A stretch of 64,000 nt of DNA from Planctomycetota bacterium (GCA_031409275.1 JANNXA010000016.1:160001-224000), one strand, 5' to 3'. Shown: positions 20,355 through 29,994, counted from the stretch's first letter. The notes: generated from the letters alone by a model not told the origin. Numbers and translations are program-made.

Positions 20355-21905
20355 TCAATCGTCGCACGCCCCCGGCTCGAGGCGATAGTCCTGCTCATCG
20401 TCGCCGACGTAGCCCAGTTCAAGGAGCTGCTCACGATCGGCCGGATCGACGCGATCGGCGGCGCCCGAGACCAGCGCCGCGAAGCGTCGCGAGTACTCGT
20501 CACCGACCTGCAGACGCAGCTCGTCGATGGTGGCGCGCTGCTCGCGCCAGAGGTTGCGCTGCTCGCGTGGATCGGCGCCGACGTCGTAGAGCTCGCGGCA
20601 CTCGACGAAGTAGCCGGGATCTTCGGGGCGCTCGAACGGCGGCAGCTTGGGGCGTGCGCCACGCGGGTTGAGGATGAATTTCCAGCGCGGCGTGCGCGCC
20701 GAGAGGATCAGGTTCTGCCATTCCGCCCAGGCGATCTCGCGGATCGGCGCCTCGGGCCGGCCACCGCGCAGGACCTCGGCGAAGGAAGCGCCATCGAGCC
20801 CCGCCGGCACTGTCCCGCCCACGTGGTCGAGCAGCGTCGGGAGCAGGTCGACGTTCTGCATCAGATCGCCAAACCGCCCGGCCTTCACGCCTGGCCCGCG
20901 CACGATCAGCGGAATGCGCAGCACCGCGTCGTAGACCGAATTGCCATGGAACCAGAAGCCGTTGTGGTCGGCGAGCTCCTCGCCGTGGTCGGCCGTGATG
21001 CAGATCAGCGTCGAATCGAGGAGCTTCGCCGCACGCAGCGCGCCGACGATGCGGCCGATGCGCTCGTCGGTCGCGCGGATGCCTCCGTCGTAGAGCGCGG
21101 TGACGTAGCGCGCGTCGGCGGGATCGAGCGGCGTGCGGGCACGCATCTTCTCGTCGAGGTGCGACTTGATGCGCGCGTTGAACGCCGACTCGGTGGGCGC
21201 CGGGTCGATCCGCAGCGTCCCGTGGTAGTCGCCGGCGAACGCGGCGTGGAAGCGCGGCGGCGGCGAGTAGGGCTGATGGACGTCGTAGAAGTGGATCCAG
21301 CTGAAGAAGGGCCGCCCGCCGCTCTTGCGCTGTTTCAGGAAATCGAGGAAAGCGTGCTCGACGGCGTCATCCCAGCGTTCGGTGCGTTCGCCCGGCATCT
21401 GCGGCTTGGCGTCGAACCAACTGCCGCGCTGCGGCGCAAAACGCGCGAAGGCGAGGGCGTGGCGCGTCGTCTTCTTGACGGGGAAGTAGGAGACGAAGCC
21501 GTGCGCTTCGTAGCCGAGCGCGACGAAGTCATCGACGAGGTCGCTGCCTTCGTCACGCAGTCCCTCGAAGTTGTCGAGCAGCCCGTGATTCGACGGGTAG
21601 AGGCCGGTCAGCATCGAGCTCAGCGACGGCCCGGTCTGGCCGCGCGGCGTGAAGAACGCGTCGCAGCAGAGCCCCTCGGCCGCCAGCGCGTCGATCGCGG
21701 GACTGACCGGCTCCGCGTAGGGCGAGTAGCCGTAGCAGCCGAGGTGATCCGCTCGCAGCGTGTCGACCGACACGATCAGCACGTTCGGGCGCGCCGCGGA
21801 CGACCCGCGGTCGGCGTCCTCCCCGCAGCCCGCGACGGCGCCCAGCAGCAGCGCAAGGCTGCTGACGGCAAACCGGCGACGTTTCGGGGAGACGGGGTAG
21901 CTCAT
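20355..21905 (-). CDS. Sulfatase-like lipoprotein (Thr at the usual Cys/Ser formylglycine position)
   Basis: Lipobox VAGC; PNVLIVSVDTLRADH; QTGPSLSSMLTG; HFYDVHQPY; TADHGE. Confidence 0.85.
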   Translation of the reverse strand: MSYPVSPKRRRFAVSSLALLLGAVAGCGEDADRGSSAARPNVLIVSVDTLRADHLGCYGYSPYAEPVSPAIDALAAEGLCCDAFFTPRGQTGPSLSSMLTGLYPSNHGLLDNFEGLRDEGSDLVDDFVALGYEAHGFVSYFPVKKTTRHALAFARFAPQRGSWFDAKPQMPGERTERWDDAVEHAFLDFLKQRKSGGRPFFSWIHFYDVHQPYSPPPRFHAAFAGDYHGTLRIDPAPTESAFNARIKSHLDEKMRARTPLDPADARYVTALYDGGIRATDERIGRIVGALRAAKLLDSTLICITADHGEELADHNGFWFHGNSVYDAVLRIPLIVRGPGVKAGRFGDLMQNVDLLPTLLDHVGGTVPAGLDGASFAEVLRGGRPEAPIREIAWAEWQNLILSARTPRWKFILNPRGARPKLPPFERPEDPGYFVECRELYDVGADPREQRNLWREQRATIDELRLQVGDEYSRRFAALVSGAADRVDPADREQLLELGYVGDDEQDYRLEPGACDD

Positions 21906-21946
21906 CGAGGCGGCGATGTTAGGGCGAGGCCGTCACGCCGCAGCTA

Positions 21947-23284
21947 ATGTCGCGCCGCATGAGGATCCAGGACAAGTACGGCTCCCCCGATGAGCGCTAC
22001 AGCTACAAGAGCGCGCTGATCGACCGCATGCGCACCAGCAAGGAGCCGCTGCAGGCGGGTCGCCTCACGCTGCGCATCGCCGAGAAGCTCGGCTTCTGCT
22101 GGGGGGTCGACCGCGCCGTCGCCATGGTCTGGGACGCGATCCGCAAGAACCCGAGCCGGCGCCTCTGGCTGCTGAACCAGATCATCCACAACCCGAAGGT
22201 GAACGAGGACTTCCGCCAGAACGGCGTGCAGTTCATCTTCGGCAAGTACGCCGAGCCTGGCGGTTTCAGTCGCGTGCAGCGCGGCGACGTCGTGATCATC
22301 CCCGCCTTCTCCGCCGAGGTGGAGCACCTCATGCGGATGGAGGAGATCGGCTGCGAGATCGTCGACACCACCTGCCCATGGGTCGAGAAGCCGCATCGCC
22401 GCGTGAAGAAGTACGTCGAGGAGCGCTTCACCGTGGTGATCCACGGTCAGCCGGGTCACGACGAGACGCGCGCGACGTGCAGCCTCGTCGACAGCCTCGC
22501 GGGCAAGTGGCTCGTGCTGCGCAACCACGAAGATGCCGACCTGCTCTGCGCCTTCCTGCGCGGCGAGGTGCCCGCGGCGCTGCTGGCCGAGCGCTTCGCG
22601 AAGCAAGCCAGCAAGGGCTTCGATCCGACGCGCGACCTGCGCGAGATCGGCATGGTTAACCAGACGACGATGCTGGCCACCGAGTCGGCCGAGATCGCGA
22701 AGAAGGTCGGCGCCGCCGTCGCCGCGCGCGATGCCGTCGGCGCGAACGCTGCCGGCAAGTTCGCGAGCGGCGCGGTTCCGCTCCCCGCCGAGCTCTTCGC
22801 AGCAGATTTGAGCCGCGCGCCCACCACCCCCATCGGTCCACTCCCGGTGCTCGCGTCGGCTCCAAATCTGCCCGCACCGCCGCAGAAAAGCCCCACCAGC
22901 TTCAAAGATTTCGACACGATCTGCCCGGCGACGCAGGACAACCAGGACGCCGTGATCTCGCTGACGGCCGAGCAGGCGCCCGACCTCTTCCTGGTGCTCG
23001 GCGGCTACGACTCCTCGAACACCGCCAACCTCCTGCGCGCGGCGCACGCCAAGCACGGCGCCTACCACCTGCAGGAACCCTCCTCGATCACGCCCGACGC
23101 GATCCGCCATCGCGATCCAGCGACCGGCCTCGAAGTCGTCACGTACGGCTGGCTGCCCGCCGGCCCGCTGCAGGTCGCACTGTCGGCCGGCGCGTCGACG
23201 CCCGACACCGAGCTCGCCGCCGTGATCGGCAAGCTCGCCGAAGCGGTCGGTGCGCCGGTGCCGATGGTCGCGTCGACGAGCTGA
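21947..23284 (+). CDS. ispH: 4-hydroxy-3-methylbut-2-enyl diphosphate reductase, with internal Pro/Ala-rich insertion
   Basis: GFCWGV, IIHN, DTTCPWV, NQTT, DTICPAT, SSNT, GASTP. Confidence 0.95.
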   Translation: MSRRMRIQDKYGSPDERYSYKSALIDRMRTSKEPLQAGRLTLRIAEKLGFCWGVDRAVAMVWDAIRKNPSRRLWLLNQIIHNPKVNEDFRQNGVQFIFGKYAEPGGFSRVQRGDVVIIPAFSAEVEHLMRMEEIGCEIVDTTCPWVEKPHRRVKKYVEERFTVVIHGQPGHDETRATCSLVDSLAGKWLVLRNHEDADLLCAFLRGEVPAALLAERFAKQASKGFDPTRDLREIGMVNQTTMLATESAEIAKKVGAAVAARDAVGANAAGKFASGAVPLPAELFAADLSRAPTTPIGPLPVLASAPNLPAPPQKSPTSFKDFDTICPATQDNQDAVISLTAEQAPDLFLVLGGYDSSNTANLLRAAHAKHGAYHLQEPSSITPDAIRHRDPATGLEVVTYGWLPAGPLQVALSAGASTPDTELAAVIGKLAEAVGAPVPMVASTS

Positions 23285-23432
23285 ACCGTCGCGCGCACGC
23301 GAGATGGCCATCTTCCGCCGGGTCGCCACATCCTCCCGTGGCCGCGTTGGCGTGCGTCGCACCGCTTCCTGCGAGCCATCGACGCGTCAGAGGACGGATC
23401 GTGGCGGAGATGTCACGCGCTGCGACCCTCGC

Positions 23433-23912
23433 TCAGGTGCCGGCCGCCTTCTTCGCATCGCCCCTGTGCTCGGCGGCGGCCGCGATGTCGGCGAGGTCCT
23501 TCGCGCATTGCTTCACCATCAGCTTCGACATGATCGCGAAGAGTGGGGAGAGGAGGTTGGCGACGAAATTCAGCGGGCGCCCGACCACCTCCATCTCGAT
23601 ACGCGTGCCGTTCGTTCCGTTGGGCACGCAGCGAATCTCCGACGTGAACTCGAACCCAGCGGCGGAGCCGCGCAGCGAGTAGCTCCGCGGCGGGTTCCAC
23701 GCGGCGATCGTCATGTCGATCGTCGTCCCGCGGCTCCCCGGCGCCCCGCGCGTCTCGCGGATGACCGTGCCGGCGCGGATCGGTCCGGACGTCACGATCT
23801 CGACCTTCTGGATCGCACGGATGTTGTCACCCGCGTGCGCGAAGTCCGAGGCCACTTCCCACACTCGCGCGGGTGGCGCGGAGGAATCGTACGTGCAGAG
23901 CATCGGTTTCAT
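23433..23912 (-). CDS. SRPBCC family protein
   Basis: APPARVWEVASDF..GTVIRETR..WNPPRSY..C-terminal helix DLADIAAAAE. Confidence 0.8.
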   Translation of the reverse strand: MKPMLCTYDSSAPPARVWEVASDFAHAGDNIRAIQKVEIVTSGPIRAGTVIRETRGAPGSRGTTIDMTIAAWNPPRSYSLRGSAAGFEFTSEIRCVPNGTNGTRIEMEVVGRPLNFVANLLSPLFAIMSKLMVKQCAKDLADIAAAAEHRGDAKKAAGT

Positions 23913-24181
23913 CGGGCGAGCCTCGCTGGTTTCATCGACGCTTCGGATCCCATCGCGATGCGGCCGATCGGTGCGCGTCGCGACGATCGATCCACGGCCG
24001 AGTCGGGGAATCTACTGCGCACTCCCGCCACCCGCGAGGCGCGCCGGCCGGAGCATCCGCACGGCATCGGGTCGCCCGTCCACCGACTTCCACGACGTGG
24101 CAGTCGGTGCATCGTCGATCCAGGCAATCACATCCCCGACGAGGGTCCGGTCGAAGCGAGAGGTCGTTGGCGGCGCCTCGC

Positions 24182-24982
24182 TCAGCGCCGCTTCGCCGCC
24201 ACCTGCAGATGGCCCGCGAGCCCCCACCACTCGGGGCGCGAATGGACGCGCTCCTCGGCGGCGACGAGGTCACGCATCTGCGCGGGATCCTCGAGCCACG
24301 TTTCGTTGCTGCGCTGCACGAGGCAGGTCTTGGCGATCAGCGAGAGCGGCTCGAAGCCGGCGCGCTCGAGCAGCGTTTTCAGCTCGTCTGGCTCGAACAT
24401 CTTCATGCCGAACGCCTCTTCGCTGCGATCGCTGCGCCACTTGGTGCGACCGGTGCGCAGCAGGTCGAGCGCGGCGTCAGGCCCCTTCTCGCCGAGCAGC
24501 GACTTCACGCCGGCGATCCGACTGTCGACTGACAACACCACGTGGCCGCCCGGCTTGACGATGCGCGCCAGCTCGGCCAGCGCGCGCGACGGCTGCTCGC
24601 AGAAGGAGAGCGGATCGCCCTGCGCGGTCGCGAAGTCGAGCAGCCCGCTCTCGATCTCGCTCATCTGCTCCATGCCCGCCTGCACGAAGCGCGTCTCGAG
24701 GCCGCGCGATGACTCCGCTTCGGCGGCCTCGCGCGCCGCGCCGACCATCGCGCCGCTCAGGTCGAGGAAGACGACGTTCATGCCGCTCTTCAGCAGGCGA
24801 CAGCCAAACCACCCGGTCCCGCACCCAAGATCGGCCGCCCACGCCGGCCGGTTCACCGGCAGGAACGGCTTCAGATGGCGCCACGACACGTCGCGGTAGA
24901 AGCGCCAGTAGGGCGTGTCGTAGATCGTGTCGTACTTGCCGGCGACGCGATCGTGGTACTTGCGGTTGCCGTCTCGTCCCAT
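24182..24982 (-). CDS. Class I SAM-dependent methyltransferase
   Basis: ADLGCGTG; LDLSGAMV; ELARIVKPGG. Confidence 0.88.
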   Translation of the reverse strand: MGRDGNRKYHDRVAGKYDTIYDTPYWRFYRDVSWRHLKPFLPVNRPAWAADLGCGTGWFGCRLLKSGMNVVFLDLSGAMVGAAREAAEAESSRGLETRFVQAGMEQMSEIESGLLDFATAQGDPLSFCEQPSRALAELARIVKPGGHVVLSVDSRIAGVKSLLGEKGPDAALDLLRTGRTKWRSDRSEEAFGMKMFEPDELKTLLERAGFEPLSLIAKTCLVQRSNETWLEDPAQMRDLVAAEERVHSRPEWWGLAGHLQVAAKRR

Positions 24983-24994
24983 GGGGCGAGCAGG

Positions 24995-26779
24995 CTAGCG
25001 CAGCAGGACGACCACCTCGACGACCTTGCCGGCGCTCGCGAAGCGCGGGGCGCTCTGCCCCTCGCGCGTCGCGTCGCGCGCGAGGACGGTGTAGCGGCCG
25101 GGCGGCAGCGCGACGATCTGGCAGCGGCCGTCCGGCCCGCTCGTCCCGTCGCTTTCCGCGGCCATCGCGACGCCATCGGCATCGAACGCGAGCAGGTGCG
25201 CACCGACGACCGGCGCGCCTGCGTCATCGACGACCCGCACCGCGAGCCGCGTCTCGGCGCGCAGCGCGACGACGAGCGGCGCGTGCGGTCGATCGGAAAC
25301 GTCCAGTGCCGGCCTCACGACACGCCCCCACGGCACCACCGGCCGCGGCTGCTGGAACCGCAGGCCATCCGGCGCGCGCAATTCGTAGCGACTCGGCTCG
25401 AGGAACACGATCTCGAAGCGGCCGGAGTCGTCCGTCCACGCGCAGGCGATCGCGCTTTCATCGACGTCGGGGGCATCGCCCGCCCCAGCTCGCCGCAACG
25501 TGACCGGCACGTGGGCGAGCGGCGTCCCCCACGGATCGGTGAGGAGACCGCTCACTGCACCGCCGGGAAGCTCGAAGTCCGCGAGCGCGGTCGCGGCCGC
25601 GTGCTCCCCGCGGTCCTCCACCCGGCGTTCGAAGTGGCGCACCGACGACCAGCTCTTCTCGACGCGGAACCGCCAGCGACCGCTCGCGGCCAGCGGCAGC
25701 TCGAAGCGGCCCGCCGCGTCGGTCATGGCGCGCTGCCCGAGATCGTCCTGCTCCTCGAGCCCTTCGGCGGTCACCTCGAGTCCGGCCGTCGGCACGCCGC
25801 CGATCGTGACGCGCTCGCGAGCGACGACGTCGCGCGCATGCCTCTCGAAGCGCACCTCCCGCGTCGTCCCGTCCGCGAGCTCGAACTCGCGCCGGACTAC
25901 GGGCCACTCGGACGGCTCGATTTCCATCGAGCCGTCGAACCCGCGGTAGCGCGGCGCGCCTGGCACGTGCAAATGGATGAGGCTTCGCTGCGGCCAAGCA
26001 TCCTCGACGGCGAAGCGGCCGTTCGGGTCGCTGCGAGTCGAGCGCCACCCGCGAGTGCCGACGAACCCCAGGAGATCGACGCGTCGTCCAGCGGGATCGC
26101 CGAGCGATGGATCGATCTGGCCGATCACGCGCGTCCGCGATGCGACACGCAGCGTCACGTCGTGGGTCGACGCCGGCGCAAGGTCGAGCGCGAGCCAGCT
26201 CGTCGCGTCGGCGCACCGTTCGTTCGCGGAGAGCAGCACGGAGCGCGGCCGAACGTGGTCGAAACGGAAGCGGCCCGCTCCGTCCGTGCTTCCGAGCGGC
26301 TCGAGCGGGTCGCCGCGCGCCACGGCGCGCTCGAGTTCGGCTCGGTCGGCGACGAACACGGAAGCGAACGGGAGCGGCGCACCGGCCCCGTCGACCACCG
26401 TCCCAGAGAGCTGCGCTGGTCGCGCAAGGACGAGCTCGAGCGGCCGCGCACCGCCGGGCAGCGTGACGCGGTACGTCTCCGACTCGAGGTCGCCGTCCCC
26501 GAGCGCGGTGACCATACAATCGCCCGCCGCGAGTTCATCGAGCGCGAAGGCGCCTTCCCCGTCGAATGGATGCGCGAGGGAGCGCCGCTCGGTGCGGCAG
26601 GGAGCGCGCAGCTCCCAGGAGGGGTCATCGGCGCGGCGCACCTCGAGGAGGAAACGCGCGACCGGATCGCCGCGCTCATCGACCACGAGGCCGCGGAGGT
26701 GTTGGTCGGGAGCGCAGCCCGGGAGCAGCGCGGCCAGCGTCGAAAGCGCGAGCACGATCGAGCGCACGGCGGCGACCAT
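24995..26779 (-). CDS. Lipoprotein with repeated carboxypeptidase-regulatory-like (Cna-B-type) domains
   Basis: Lipobox LPGC; repeated GxVVDxxGxP and TDxxGRF units. Confidence 0.75.
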   Translation of the reverse strand: MVAAVRSIVLALSTLAALLPGCAPDQHLRGLVVDERGDPVARFLLEVRRADDPSWELRAPCRTERRSLAHPFDGEGAFALDELAAGDCMVTALGDGDLESETYRVTLPGGARPLELVLARPAQLSGTVVDGAGAPLPFASVFVADRAELERAVARGDPLEPLGSTDGAGRFRFDHVRPRSVLLSANERCADATSWLALDLAPASTHDVTLRVASRTRVIGQIDPSLGDPAGRRVDLLGFVGTRGWRSTRSDPNGRFAVEDAWPQRSLIHLHVPGAPRYRGFDGSMEIEPSEWPVVRREFELADGTTREVRFERHARDVVARERVTIGGVPTAGLEVTAEGLEEQDDLGQRAMTDAAGRFELPLAASGRWRFRVEKSWSSVRHFERRVEDRGEHAAATALADFELPGGAVSGLLTDPWGTPLAHVPVTLRRAGAGDAPDVDESAIACAWTDDSGRFEIVFLEPSRYELRAPDGLRFQQPRPVVPWGRVVRPALDVSDRPHAPLVVALRAETRLAVRVVDDAGAPVVGAHLLAFDADGVAMAAESDGTSGPDGRCQIVALPPGRYTVLARDATREGQSAPRFASAGKVVEVVVLLR

Positions 26780-26880
26780 TCAGCGGCTCCTCGGGCAGGG
26801 AAGGGCCTGTGGGTCTAACTCGTGGCGAACGAGCCGAGAAGACGGCCGAAGCCGCGCGTGGCGCGCCGCTCCTGCCGGAG

Positions 26881-27975
26881 CTACCCCTTCACCGTCGCGC
26901 CGCCGCAGCTCGAGCCGGCGCCGGCGGTGCAACCGAAGCAGTGCGGCGCCGTGAGGATCGAGCGCCCCTCGAGCAGCGTGCGCGGCGCGTCGTGGATGGT
27001 GAGCGGCCGGCCACCGGCGCCGGTCAACTCCATCTCGAGCATCTGGTTGAAGTCGCAGTCGAAGAGGCGGCCGTCCCAACCCACCGAAAGCGTGTTGCGG
27101 CACATGAGGCCGTCGACCGCGGCGGGGTTGAACGCGGCGACGAGCTTCGCCATGTAGTCGGCGAGGTTGCCCGACTCGGAGAGGAAGTCGAGGAAGCGGC
27201 TGATCGGCATGTTGGTGATGGCGAAGAGGCGGTCGAAGACGACGCCGAAGCGACGTTCGAGCTCGCGCTTCCACTCGCGTTCGAGCGACGCCTGACCGGC
27301 GGGCAGGAAGGCGCCGACCGGGTTGGTCACCAGGTTCAGCACGAGGCCCGATCCGGGCTTCCCGTAGCCGAGCGCGTTCAGCCGGCGCAGTGCGGCGATC
27401 GACTGCTCGAAGACGCCGTCGCCACGCTGCGCATCCGTCTGCTTGCCGGCGTAGAAGGGCAACGACGCGACGATCTCGACTTGATGTTCCGCGAGGAACT
27501 CCGGCAGGTCGGTGAAGCCGTTCGCGAGCGTGATGGTCAGGTTGCAACGATCCATCACCTTGGCGCCAGCGGCCCGCGCGCGCCGCACGAGGTCGCGGAA
27601 GCGAGGATGCATCTCGGGCGCACCACCGGTGATGTCGAGCGTCGGGATCTGCGCGTCGACCAGCAGCTTCATGCAGGCGTCGAGGACCGCGTCGCTCATC
27701 GACTCCTTGCGATCGGGGCCGGCGTCGACGTGACAGTGCTTGCAGGTCTGGTTGCAGACCTTCCCGACGTTCACCTGCAGGATCTCGATCTGCCCCGCGC
27801 GCAGCGGCGAGTGGCCGGCGCTTGCGCATGCGGCGGCGAAATCGCGAGCCAGCGGCAGCTCGCGCAGCTTGGCGATCTGACCGGCGGCGACCGCGAGCTC
27901 GTGGCCGCGGCGCGCGAGCGTCGGCTGGATCTTGATCGGGGCCGGCGCGCGGCCGGCGGAGTCTTGGGCGTTCAA
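26881..27975 (-). CDS. arsS: Arsenosugar biosynthesis-type radical SAM protein with DUF3641 C-terminus
   Basis: NVGKVCNQTCKHCHVDAGP; DITGGAPE; DCDFNQML; HCFGCTAGAGSSCGG. Start uncertain (TTG 27975 chosen). Confidence 0.85.
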   Translation of the reverse strand: MNAQDSAGRAPAPIKIQPTLARRGHELAVAAGQIAKLRELPLARDFAAACASAGHSPLRAGQIEILQVNVGKVCNQTCKHCHVDAGPDRKESMSDAVLDACMKLLVDAQIPTLDITGGAPEMHPRFRDLVRRARAAGAKVMDRCNLTITLANGFTDLPEFLAEHQVEIVASLPFYAGKQTDAQRGDGVFEQSIAALRRLNALGYGKPGSGLVLNLVTNPVGAFLPAGQASLEREWKRELERRFGVVFDRLFAITNMPISRFLDFLSESGNLADYMAKLVAAFNPAAVDGLMCRNTLSVGWDGRLFDCDFNQMLEMELTGAGGRPLTIHDAPRTLLEGRSILTAPHCFGCTAGAGSSCGGATVKG

Positions 27976-28006
27976 GGGAGCGGGGTCCTTTGCGGCTCGC
28001 CGGCCG

Positions 28007-28339
28007 TCACATCGACAGCTTGTGGACGTGGCCGCACATCTGCACGCCATGGACGAGCGTCGCGCCGCCGCGGATCGCCGCCGCGACGTGGACCGCCTCG
28101 GTCATCTGCGCCGCGTCGGCCCCCTTTTCGAGGCAGGTGGTCGAGTAGGCGTCGATGCAGTAGGGGCACTGCACCGCGTGGGCGACGGCCAGCGCGATCA
28201 GCGACTTCTCCCGCTCGCTCAGCGCGCCGTCGGCGAAGACGGCGCCGTACCAGGCGAGGAACTTCTGCCAGAGCTCGGGCGCGTCCTTGCCGATCGTGCC
28301 GAAGTCCTTCAGGTGCTGCGGGTCGTAGTAGTTCGACAT
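28007..28339 (-). CDS. AhpD/CMD-family peroxidase-like protein associated with ArsS
   Basis: YYDPQHLKDF..REKSLIALAVAHAVQCPYCIDAY..GATLVHGVQM. Confidence 0.88.
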   Translation of the reverse strand: MSNYYDPQHLKDFGTIGKDAPELWQKFLAWYGAVFADGALSEREKSLIALAVAHAVQCPYCIDAYSTTCLEKGADAAQMTEAVHVAAAIRGGATLVHGVQMCGHVHKLSM

Positions 28340-28446
28340 CAGGAACTCCGAAGGATCGTGCGGCGGCTATCGATGCCGCCAACGAGCGGCGGGAGTCTAC
28401 GCCGCTACGCAGCCGACGCGTGCCGCGGATGGAGGGCGGCGTTCCT

Positions 28447-28878
28447 TCACGTGCGTGGCGGCGGCGGCAGCGGCGCGAGGCTCCGCCACGGCTCGTCGTG
28501 GGCGACGTCGATCAGCGGAGGGCCCTTGCAGTTCGCCGGCGAGAGGATCGCGAGGAAGGTGCATGGCACCGCGAACACGTTGTAGCTGCCATGGACCGTG
28601 TCGCGCGGGATGTGGGCGAGCTCGCCGGCGCGCAGCAGCCGCTTCTCCCGGCCGACGAACTGCTCGATCTGGCCGTCGAGCACGTAGAGCGCCTCCTCGA
28701 ATTCCGGGTGGCGATGGAAGGCGTGCGCCTTGCCCGGCGGCATGCGGACGCGGACCACTTGCAGCTCGCGCGCGTCGGTCAGCCCAGGCCGGCACAACCA
28801 CTCGTGCGGCCCCCACGGCAGCTGCTCGATCTGGCACTCCGCATCGGTCACGAACTTCAGAAACTCGCACGCGCACAT
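28447..28878 (-). CDS. Cupin domain protein
   Basis: HAFHRHPEFEEALYVLDG..HIPRDTVH. Confidence 0.85.
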   Translation of the reverse strand: MCACEFLKFVTDAECQIEQLPWGPHEWLCRPGLTDARELQVVRVRMPPGKAHAFHRHPEFEEALYVLDGQIEQFVGREKRLLRAGELAHIPRDTVHGSYNVFAVPCTFLAILSPANCKGPPLIDVAHDEPWRSLAPLPPPPRT

Positions 28879-28887
28879 CACCAGCTC

Positions 28888-29097
28888 CACCGGTGGCGGG
28901 GATCTTTCCACCGCCGTTCCCGCACCGTCCGCGCGCTCGTCTACCTCGATCGCCCCGGGAGAAGAAGTCGCGGATCGCGTCGGAACTCGAACCGACGACA
29001 GCCTGCTCGATCGCACCCCGACGCGTCCCCCGAGAACAGGGTGCGGAAACGGTGGTGGAAAGATCCCCGCCACCTGTTACGCGCGCGCCACCTGTTA
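28888..29097. repeat. REP/MITE-like inverted-repeat element, copy 2
   Basis: CACCGGTGGCGGGGATCTTTCCACCGCCGTTCCCGCACC (28888-28926) and inverted GGTGCGGAAACGGTGGTGGAAAGATCCCCGCCACCTG (29040-29076); GCCACCTGTTA repeated again at 29087. Confidence 0.85.
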
Positions 29098-29343
29098 GGC
29101 GCGCTGCGCCGAGCGCGATGGCGATCCGAAGTCGATGGCATCGCACGCCGCCAGCATCGTCGACCCCGCGAGCGGCACAAGTTTCCGTCCAAGAGGCCCG
29201 CTCGCAACGCCGTGCTGGCCAGATTCACTAAGCGCGCGCCCTGAACGCCACCGATCCAGAAGGAGCTTGTGGCGACGCTTCTCGCTCGTTGCACAATCGC
29301 CGTCCTACCGCATCAACGGAGCTCGACCTCGATGAGGATCTCG

Positions 29344-29850
29344 ATGACCACGAATGGCGCTGCTCGCCGCGGCTTCTCGCTGATGGAAGTGATCGTCGCG
29401 GTCTCGGTGCTCGCGTTGCTCGCCGGCGTGCTCACGCCGATGGTGGGCAGCGTGGTCGAGGAGAACAAGAAGTCGCGCGCGGCCGACGACTGCAAGGCGA
29501 TCGCGCAGGCGATCGGCGCCTACCTTGCCGACGTCGGCACCTATCCGCCCGGCATGCAGGCCGACTCGACCTACAACTACGGCAACGCCGCCTACTTCGA
29601 TTACGGCGCCGAGGTGCTGAACACGTGGCTCGTCGAAGGGCCGAAGAAGTACCTCGAGAAGCCGATCGGCAACGACCCGTGGGGCACGCCCTACAGCTAC
29701 CACTGCTACACGCGCAGCAACCCCTACATGGACGTCGCCGTCTTCTCGCACGGCCCGAACAAGGCGTGCGAGTCGTGGGACGGCGCGCTCTGGAACAAGG
29801 GCAAGTTCGGCGGCGACGACCTCGGAGCCTTCTTCGACTTCACGCGCTGA
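29344..29850 (+). CDS. Prepilin-type, GspG-like pseudopilin
   Basis: RRG|FSLMEVIVAV cleavage site with E5; YLEKPIGNDPWGTPYSY; SHGPN. Start ATG 29344 (RBS GAGGA) or 29332. Confidence 0.85.
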   Translation: MTTNGAARRGFSLMEVIVAVSVLALLAGVLTPMVGSVVEENKKSRAADDCKAIAQAIGAYLADVGTYPPGMQADSTYNYGNAAYFDYGAEVLNTWLVEGPKKYLEKPIGNDPWGTPYSYHCYTRSNPYMDVAVFSHGPNKACESWDGALWNKGKFGGDDLGAFFDFTR

Positions 29851-29977
29851 CGACAAAACGGCTCGGACGCGCCATCCTGTCCTCGGCGGCGAGCGCACGC
29901 CGCCTCGGACAACACCGACCACCGCCGAAAAGCCATTTTCAGCAGCGGTTTACGGCGAAAAAGTGCACCTCGTCAGA

Positions 29978-29994
29978 TCGGCACACCGCGTGCA
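29978..29994 (+). promoter_or_regulatory. Putative sigma-54 (-24/-12) promoter for clpB
   Basis: TCGGCACACCGCGTGCA = GG-N10-GC with GGCAC, ~80 bp upstream of the clpB ATG. Confidence 0.5.

Noticed and set aside
23913..24181. Short ORFs between the SRPBCC and methyltransferase genes
   Set aside because: No motif, convincing start or RBS; cannot be supported
26881..26960. Possible selenocysteine in the ArsS C-terminal SSCGG motif
   Set aside because: The codon is TGC and no in-frame TGA is present
29173..29190. CGGCACAAGTTTCCG as a sigma-54 promoter for the pseudopilin
   Set aside because: There is no GC at the -12 position
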